A stretch of 64,000 bases of DNA, taken from Minisyncoccota bacterium (GTDB lineage Bacteria > Patescibacteriota > Minisyncoccia > Phycocordibacterales > PALSA-1337). Where the stretch lies: assembly GCA_041665325.1 (NCBI GenBank), contig JBAYJB010000001.1:162817-226816 (forward strand), read 5' to 3'. Each line of letters opens with the position of its first letter. The stretch's first letter is position 1. The notes beneath the pieces were generated by a model. It was given only the letters and a program-made list of their open reading frames with translations, was not told the DNA's origin and did no database searches. Of the stretch, positions 57,841 through 64,000 are shown one piece after another. A program made the position numbers and the translations under genes.

Positions 57841-58470
57841 TTAACTCTTTTTACTAGGCACAAGGATTACTGATTGCCAAAACGCATCAATGAATTTATT
57901 TTTATCTACGTGCTTAGCCTGTATTGGCGGCAATCCTGGATCGTGAAGAATAAAATTGTCTTCATCCTGACCATAAAGAAGAACGAAGTGAGCATTACTG
58001 CCGTCCCTATCATTAAGACTGTCTGCATTAACAAGGGCAATAACGAATATTTTTTCATTCAAAAGCTTTTCAATCTCACTTCTTGAAATCTCCCGGCATT
58101 CAAAAATATTATGAGTCAAAAGATAGGCCGCATCATTACGTTCCCGTGAAAAGTCAGGAGAGGCCATTCTTTTTTGCTGAGCAAACCACCCCGGAGCATT
58201 TTTCCAAAGCTCTATTAAATAATCTTCTCCTTTTTCAGAAAATTCTTTGTAGTCTAGTTTGCTTACCAATCTAACACCTGGAATTCGTTCGTTAATAGCA
58301 ACAGCCCCTGCTGGCATCCATGAATATAAACCTTCTTGAAAATGGGTCATCTTGTTGACTTCATCCCAGCTTGTATCTTTATTATAGACAAAATCAAGGA
58401 CCATCTTCACACACGCCTGTAGGCAGTGATTATCATCTGACCAATTTGATTGAAACTTTAGTTTTTCCAC
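57841..58470 (-). CDS. C39-like cysteine peptidase domain protein (AT-rich)
   Basis: Q.....HCLQAC (Cys), HFVLLYG (His), HDP (Asp). Confidence 0.7.
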   Translation of the reverse strand: MEKLKFQSNWSDDNHCLQACVKMVLDFVYNKDTSWDEVNKMTHFQEGLYSWMPAGAVAINERIPGVRLVSKLDYKEFSEKGEDYLIELWKNAPGWFAQQKRMASPDFSRERNDAAYLLTHNIFECREISRSEIEKLLNEKIFVIALVNADSLNDRDGSNAHFVLLYGQDEDNFILHDPGLPPIQAKHVDKNKFIDAFWQSVILVPSKKS

Positions 58471-58472
58471 TT

Positions 58473-59708
58473 TTACAAACTCGCAATCTTCACCATCTCC
58501 ACCTTCCCCATCAGCCGGTCCTTGGCTTCCACCTCATCATTCTTCAGAGTCTTCTCACTCACGACCAGGCGCCTTGGGATGCCGATCAGATCCGCATCTC
58601 CGAATTTCTCGCCGGCGCCGGCGTCGCGGTCATCGTATAGGACTTCCACGCCTTTTTTAACCAATCTTTCGTACAATCCGTCAGCAGCAGCTTTCACAGT
58701 ACCCTTCTCATCAAAAAGCGCGATGAGATGCACCGCGAACGGCGAGACCGCTTCCGGCCAGACCAACCCGCGCTCATCAGCATGCACCTCGACGATCGTG
58801 CCCATGACACGACCGGGACCGATACCATATGAGCCCATGACCACCGGCTTCGACTTCCCTTCAGCGTCCTTATAATTCAACCCGAATGCATCCGAGAAAC
58901 GCGTACCAAGCGAGAAGATGTTTCCAACCTCAACAGCTTTCTTTTCGACGAGGTCGCTCTTATTGATTCCCAAATCTTTCAAGACCTCTTCATTTAAAAC
59001 TTCTCTATTGATAGCGAGTTTCTTGCCTTCGTGTACGAAAATCGTGTCTTCGCCGGCCTCGAGCACAGTCTGGAACTCATGTGAATATTTCGAGAATGAT
59101 CCGCCGCTAGCAAAAGTCACATAAGTCTGTGCGCCCAGACCGAGACGGTCAAAAATCCGAACATATGCCTGCTTGGCGCGCTCGTAGAATTCGCCGTGAG
59201 ATTTTTCATCGACGTTAAACGAATATAGGTCCTTCATGAGGAACTCGCGGCCGCGCAGGATGCCGGACTTGGCGCGCTCTTCATTCCGGAACTTGGTCTG
59301 GAATTGATAGATAGCCGATGGCAGATCGCGGAACGAGCGCACGTGATCCTTCATAAGCTTAGTCAGCGGCTCTTCGTGCGTGAAGCTTAGGCCCACATCG
59401 GCGCCGCCCTTCAACTTAGTCTTGAACCAGTTGTCTACAACCTCGTCGCTCCAGCGGCCGGTCGTCTCCCAGGTCTTCTTGTCCTGCAGCGCCGTGAGGT
59501 GCACTTCCTGCCCGCCGATAGCGTCCATCTCCTCGCGGATAACGCCGATGATCTTGTTCATAACACGCAGGCCGAGCGGCAGGAATGAGTACACGCCAGC
59601 CATCTCCTTGTTGATATATCCGGCGCGGATGAGGAGTTGGGCGTTCTTGGCGACCTCGTCCTTGGGCGCTTCGCGACGAGTCTTGGTGAATAGGTGTGAT
59701 TGGCGCAT
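58473..59708 (-). CDS. proS: proline--tRNA ligase (short, no editing insertion)
   Basis: LLIRAG, THEE, KFRNE.R..G.LRGREF.MKD.YSF, EVGNIF, MGSYGIG. Confidence 0.96.
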   Translation of the reverse strand: MRQSHLFTKTRREAPKDEVAKNAQLLIRAGYINKEMAGVYSFLPLGLRVMNKIIGVIREEMDAIGGQEVHLTALQDKKTWETTGRWSDEVVDNWFKTKLKGGADVGLSFTHEEPLTKLMKDHVRSFRDLPSAIYQFQTKFRNEERAKSGILRGREFLMKDLYSFNVDEKSHGEFYERAKQAYVRIFDRLGLGAQTYVTFASGGSFSKYSHEFQTVLEAGEDTIFVHEGKKLAINREVLNEEVLKDLGINKSDLVEKKAVEVGNIFSLGTRFSDAFGLNYKDAEGKSKPVVMGSYGIGPGRVMGTIVEVHADERGLVWPEAVSPFAVHLIALFDEKGTVKAAADGLYERLVKKGVEVLYDDRDAGAGEKFGDADLIGIPRRLVVSEKTLKNDEVEAKDRLMGKVEMVKIASL

Positions 59709-59837
59709 GGGGTTTGTTGGGTAAATAATAGCTCAAAATCGCGGCTTTGTAATGGTCTTGACTGCAATCGTAGAATGTGTGAGAGTATAAATAGTTAGTC
59801 TTTCACCCTCGTACGTCTCAACCCCCCAACTCGTTCT

Positions 59838-60203
59838 ATGAAAACTAGTTCAAGCCCAACATTCTTCCGGGCTATCCTTGCCCTGTTCCTCGTGCTGTTC
59901 TACCCCATCCAATGCTTCCGTTGGGTGCGCCGGTGTTGTGATCTTGGCCGCATCGAAGGTGTCGGATTCTTATCCTTGGGAGTGATCGGCGCCGTGATGA
60001 TCGCCATCATGGCCCTAAGCGCATCCATGCCTTCGACCGCCGACGGTGCTCACGGATTGCGCTACGCAGTATGCGGGCTAGCGCTATTTATCTACATCCT
60101 GATCGGGTACTTTGCGTTCAACCTGATGAATAGCCTCAAGGAAGAAGGCGTGCAACTGTCAGAACAGTCGCCACAGATCGCCGGCCAAGCAAAATCGTTC
60201 TGA
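59838..60203 (+). CDS. 3-TM hypothetical protein (solo cassette)
   Basis: Hydrophobic segments; TTGACT at 59758; terminator GCCCCCAC..GTGGGGGC-TTGTTTTT at about 60240-60270. Confidence 0.65.
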   Translation: MKTSSSPTFFRAILALFLVLFYPIQCFRWVRRCCDLGRIEGVGFLSLGVIGAVMIAIMALSASMPSTADGAHGLRYAVCGLALFIYILIGYFAFNLMNSLKEEGVQLSEQSPQIAGQAKSF

Positions 60204-60287
60204 TCGCCGCAACGTCCAGTCCTGCACATTGCCCATTTCGCCCCCACTCACCTGTGGGGGCTTGTTTTTTGTATCAACAAGGGAAAA

Positions 60288-61385
60288 TCAGCTGATCAGC
60301 TTCGCTATATCTTTCCAAGTCACCGCCACCATGAGGATCATGAGCAGGGCAAATCCGACGAGATTAGCGGAGTTGGCGAACCGAGCCGGGATGCGGCGGC
60401 GGAAAGCTCCTTCGATGAGCACGAAGAGGATGCGGCCACCGTCCAAGGCCGGGAATGGGATCAGGTTGACCACGCCCAGGTTGATCGAGATGATAGCCGT
60501 GATCATGAGCAGGTATGTAAATCCGAGCTCGGCGGCATTGCCCACGATGCCGGCGATACCGATCGGGCCGGCCACATCGGAGAAGTTCGGCGCGCCGCGG
60601 AAGATATTGGCGAGGAATGTATAGAGTCCGATGACTGTCTCCTTGATCATGACCAGGGTGTAATGGAGACTTTCCGAGACCGCGCTCCAGATCGGCAGGC
60701 GTAGGTCGGCGATATTATCCATAGAGATACCGATGGCGTATCGGCCCTGGACGAAGCCCGCTAGTGGGACAATCTCGGCGGTCCCCAATACGTCGCCGCG
60801 AAGATAGTGCACTGTGACGGAACCGCCATCGCCGGCATTGACCGCCGCTTGGACTTCCTCGACGGATTGGCGCTGTCCGGTTGCGATGGAGCCGACCGAC
60901 TCGATGACATCGCCCTCCTTGAGACCGGCTTTCTCGGCCGGAGATGCCGGCAGGACATATGTGATCATGATCCTTTGGTTCTGGAACCGGGCGGCATACT
61001 TCTCAAAACCGTCGACTGAAGCCGTGACTCCGGTGCCGAAGACACATGCATAGATGAGCCAGGCGAACAGGAAATTCATGAGCACTCCGGAGGCCAGCAC
61101 AATCACCTGCTGCCAGCGCGGCTTGTTCACGAAGCTCCGCAAAGCATCTGGGCCACTTGTCGCCTCTTCATCTGGATTCTCCCCGTGGATCCTGACAAAC
61201 CCGCCGAATGGAATCCAGTTGATGCCGTATTCTGTCTCCCCTCTGCGCCAAGCGATAAGCTTCGGTCCGAAACCGATCTTGAAGGCATCCACTCTGATGC
61301 CGCAGGCCCGGGCAGTCAAAAAATGCCCAAGCTCATGGACAAAGATCAGGACCGCGAGGACAATGATGAATATAACGACGGTCAT
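60288..61385 (-). CDS. rseP: RIP metalloprotease RseP (M50B with PDZ)
   Basis: HELGH, GFGP, SPA.KAGL..GD.I, NLIP.PALDGG. Confidence 0.95.
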   Translation of the reverse strand: MTVVIFIIVLAVLIFVHELGHFLTARACGIRVDAFKIGFGPKLIAWRRGETEYGINWIPFGGFVRIHGENPDEEATSGPDALRSFVNKPRWQQVIVLASGVLMNFLFAWLIYACVFGTGVTASVDGFEKYAARFQNQRIMITYVLPASPAEKAGLKEGDVIESVGSIATGQRQSVEEVQAAVNAGDGGSVTVHYLRGDVLGTAEIVPLAGFVQGRYAIGISMDNIADLRLPIWSAVSESLHYTLVMIKETVIGLYTFLANIFRGAPNFSDVAGPIGIAGIVGNAAELGFTYLLMITAIISINLGVVNLIPFPALDGGRILFVLIEGAFRRRIPARFANSANLVGFALLMILMVAVTWKDIAKLIS

Positions 61386-61936
61386 CAGTTCAAGATCTCT
61401 TTCTCCTTCTTGGCGTAAGCATCTTCGAATTTCTTGTTGGCGTCGTCGACGAGCTTCTGGACGTCTTTCTGCAGGCGGAAGATCTCATCCTTCCCATAAC
61501 CACCGGCCTTCTCCTTGGCATTGAGATCTTTGACGACATGGTCGCGATATCCGCGAATCTGCTTCTTGGCTTCTTCTAGCTTGTCCTTGGCCACCTTGGC
61601 GAAGTCTTTGCGTTTGTCGGAAGTGAGCTCGGGGAAATTGACCCTGACACCCTGATCGTCGACGGATACAGAGACGCCGATATTTGCGATATTGATGGCC
61701 TTCTCGATCTCTTTGACCTGAGCTTTGTCCCAAGGTGAGATCCGGAGGGTCCGAGCTCCCTCGATCATGATGCTGGCCACTTCCTTGAGCGGCGTCGGAA
61801 CACCGTAGACCTCGACACGTACGGCATCGAGGACGATCGGCGAGGCCTGACCGGTACGGATCTGCTGGAGCTCCTTCTTGAGCCACTCTTCGGCGCCGGC
61901 AACCTGCTTCTTGAACGGATTAAAGTCGTAAGCCAT
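61385..61936 (-). CDS. frr: ribosome recycling factor
   Basis: IRTG.A....LD...V..YG, I.PWD, IEKAI, FPELT, KEKEIL; start 61936. Confidence 0.95.
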   Translation of the reverse strand: MAYDFNPFKKQVAGAEEWLKKELQQIRTGQASPIVLDAVRVEVYGVPTPLKEVASIMIEGARTLRISPWDKAQVKEIEKAINIANIGVSVSVDDQGVRVNFPELTSDKRKDFAKVAKDKLEEAKKQIRGYRDHVVKDLNAKEKAGGYGKDEIFRLQKDVQKLVDDANKKFEDAYAKKEKEILN

Positions 61937-61956
61937 ATATGTCTGTATTATAGCAC

Positions 61957-62640
61957 TCAAACATTCAAAGCAACATATTCGAGGAGCATCTTGAGCGAGG
62001 GGGCACGATCGTTCATATATGTCCGGGCGTTTGCGACTGCTTCGAGTGATCTGACGTGCTCTTTCACTCCCCCTGCGTGGATGACCTCTTCGAGCGCGTT
62101 CATGAAGTTCAGTGCGTCTTGTTTTGGTCTTTTTTCCTTGGCGATCTCATCCATGAGCGATTTTACGTATTCCAATCTATCCTTCTTGGTGGATTTGACA
62201 AATTTTTCGGCAGATCCGAGAAGTGCGGGATCTGATACAGCGCGCCCGGCGCTTTCACCGATGAATGAGAGGCGCGACTTCACGGTCGGCAGGAGTAAGT
62301 GCGCGGACGGGATGATTAGAAAGAAGTGAGAATCGACGGGAGCCTCTTCGAGCAATTTGAGCAGGGCGTTTTGTGCCTCGACGGTGATCCCATTCATCGT
62401 CAAGATAAATATCTTCTTGCCCGACTCATTCACTGGCCGTGTTTCCGCTAATGATTTGACTTCCCTCGCCTCATCGATGGTCATCGTCTCATAACGGCGA
62501 TCGAAGAAGTCAGGGTTGCCGTGTGTTTTGATCTTGTGAGTTTTCTCGAGAATAGAAACGAGCTCGGCCTTGGCAACGTCATTGCCGACGAGACAATAGG
62601 CGTGGTGAGAGAGGGTTTTGAGGGAGACGGAGAGGGGCAT
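61957..62640 (-). CDS. holB: DNA polymerase III delta'-like subunit
   Basis: HHAY, NPD, IDEAR, AQNALLKLLEE, LLPTVKSR. Confidence 0.75.
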   Translation of the reverse strand: MPLSVSLKTLSHHAYCLVGNDVAKAELVSILEKTHKIKTHGNPDFFDRRYETMTIDEAREVKSLAETRPVNESGKKIFILTMNGITVEAQNALLKLLEEAPVDSHFFLIIPSAHLLLPTVKSRLSFIGESAGRAVSDPALLGSAEKFVKSTKKDRLEYVKSLMDEIAKEKRPKQDALNFMNALEEVIHAGGVKEHVRSLEAVANARTYMNDRAPSLKMLLEYVALNV

Positions 62641-62811
62641 GGGTCAATTGTACATTTAATCTCCATAAAAGATAAAGGCCAATACAAATTGTCAATCCAC
62701 TGGGGTGTTTAGAACCTACTTGGTTGACAAATCCGTGAAGTCGCATAAGGTGGAATCAGACTTATAGTCCCCGCATCAAGCGGGCTCACAACAGAATAGG
62801 AACCACCCATC

Positions 62812-64000
62812 ATGATAACCAGATACTCAGACACGACGATAGTGAAAAGCGCGAGCCTGGACGAGAAATACAAACGCTGGCAAACGGTCGAATTGGCCGT
62901 CATCCAAGCCAGGGAAAATCTCGGTCAAATCCCCAAGGACACGCACCACGATATCAATGCCATCTTGAATGACAGACCCATCGACGGCAAGTGGATCGAC
63001 GAGCGCGAGAAGATCGTCAAGCACGACCTCAACGCCTTCATCGAGGAGCGGATGCGGCATCTGCCCGTCGAGCTCCAGGCATACTGGCACAAAGGCATGA
63101 CCTCATACGACACCGAAGAAGCTGCCTTCGCCATGATGCTCTCGGAAGCCTGTCTCCAGATCTCCATGGCGACCTCCGGCCTGCTCAGAGAGATCCGTAA
63201 TCTCTCCATCAAGTACCGGTACACCCCCATGAATGGACGCACTCACGGCCAAGAAGCGGAGATGCAATCCTTCGGGAAAAGGTGCCTTACCTGGTACTGC
63301 GACCTGAGAGCTGCGCAAGCGACACTCAGACAACAGATGGACAACCTCAAGTACTCCAAGCTCTCCGGCGCCATCGGCACCAACAGCGGCGTGAGCCCTG
63401 AGGTCGAGGAGGAAGCTCTGAAGCTTCTCGGGCTGCTGCCGTGGATCGGCGCCACCCAGATCATGCCCCGCGTGCTCTACGCGCCGATCGCAGACGCCTT
63501 GGCCAACCAAGTGCTGGTCGTCGAAAAGATCGCGCTCGATATCCGTCTCATGTCGCGCAGCGGCCACCCTCTCTGCCATGAGCCATTTGGCAAATTGCAG
63601 AAGGGTTCGTCCGCCATGCCCCACAAGAAGAACAACATCGGGTGCGAGAATACGGCCGGGATGGCCACGATGGCGGCGAAGTATGCCGAGGGCATCCGTC
63701 AGAATATCGTCACTTGGGAGGAGCGCGCCATCGAGCAATCCTGCGTCGAACGCGTCTTCTGGCCTGATCTTTTCCACGTGACGATCAAGGCCCTGAAAAC
63801 CATGACGTCCATAGTTGGCGGCATGAAGGTCTACCCCGACAATATGATGATCGAGATCATCGAATCACGCGGCACATATGCCTCTAACGCCGCCAAGGAA
63901 TTCCTGACGGAACACGGCCTCCAGGTCGGATTGTCCCGTGAGGAATGCTATCGCATCGTCCAGCTGGCCTGCGCCAATGCCTTCCAGCCGAGCGAGATAG
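62812..64000 (+). CDS. purB: adenylosuccinate lyase (runs off window; not in ORF track)
   Basis: Manual translation MITRYS..KHD..AF..H.GMTS.D..GRTHGQ.A..KLSGAIG..QKGSSAMPHKKN..E; frame open to window end. Confidence 0.92.
   Translation, partial: MITRYSDTTIVKSASLDEKYKRWQTVELAVIQARENLGQIPKDTHHDINAILNDRPIDGKWIDEREKIVKHDLNAFIEERMRHLPVELQAYWHKGMTSYDTEEAAFAMMLSEACLQISMATSGLLREIRNLSIKYRYTPMNGRTHGQEAEMQSFGKRCLTWYCDLRAAQATLRQQMDNLKYSKLSGAIGTNSGVSPEVEEEALKLLGLLPWIGATQIMPRVLYAPIADALANQVLVVEKIALDIRLMSRSGHPLCHEPFGKLQKGSSAMPHKKNNIGCENTAGMATMAAKYAEGIRQNIVTWEERAIEQSCVERVFWPDLFHVTIKALKTMTSIVGGMKVYPDNMMIEIIESRGTYASNAAKEFLTEHGLQVGLSREECYRIVQLACANAFQPSEI

Noticed and set aside
1-64000. Alternative genetic code (TGA=Gly)
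   Set aside because: Conserved genes end at TGA (gltX, alaS, valS, tsaD) and show no internal TGA.

Overview
Bacterial chromosomal segment (standard code; TGA is used as stop), most likely Patescibacteria/CPR, Parcubacteria-like. This is inferred from the streamlined gene set, C-terminally shortened AlaRS/ValRS, domain-stuffed LeuRS and CPR-type hypothetical proteins. The backbone is mostly minus-strand housekeeping genes: six aminoacyl-tRNA synthetases, the infA-rpmJ-rpsM-rpsK-rpsD-rpoA-rplQ-rplM-rpsI cluster, grpE/dnaK/dnaJ, cell-wall genes (murG, ftsW-like, mltG, ddl, mreBC), scpAB, mnmA, tsaD, zwf, a partial purB and six tRNAs. Most notable: (1) two copies of a ~75-82 bp micro-element whose first hairpin stem appears copied from its own duplicated target site (tRNA-Ala 5' end; ddl promoter); (2) a LeuRS with two Nudix domains and an alpha/beta-hydrolase inserted around its editing domain; (3) about ten self-contained promoter-ORF-terminator single-gene cassettes wedged between core genes; (4) a pervasive -10-box/6-7 nt/ATG leaderless architecture for core genes; (5) a fatty-acid desaturase plus CREST-like membrane protein inside a tRNA cluster. 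No CRISPR array, rRNA, transposase or integrase was recognised.
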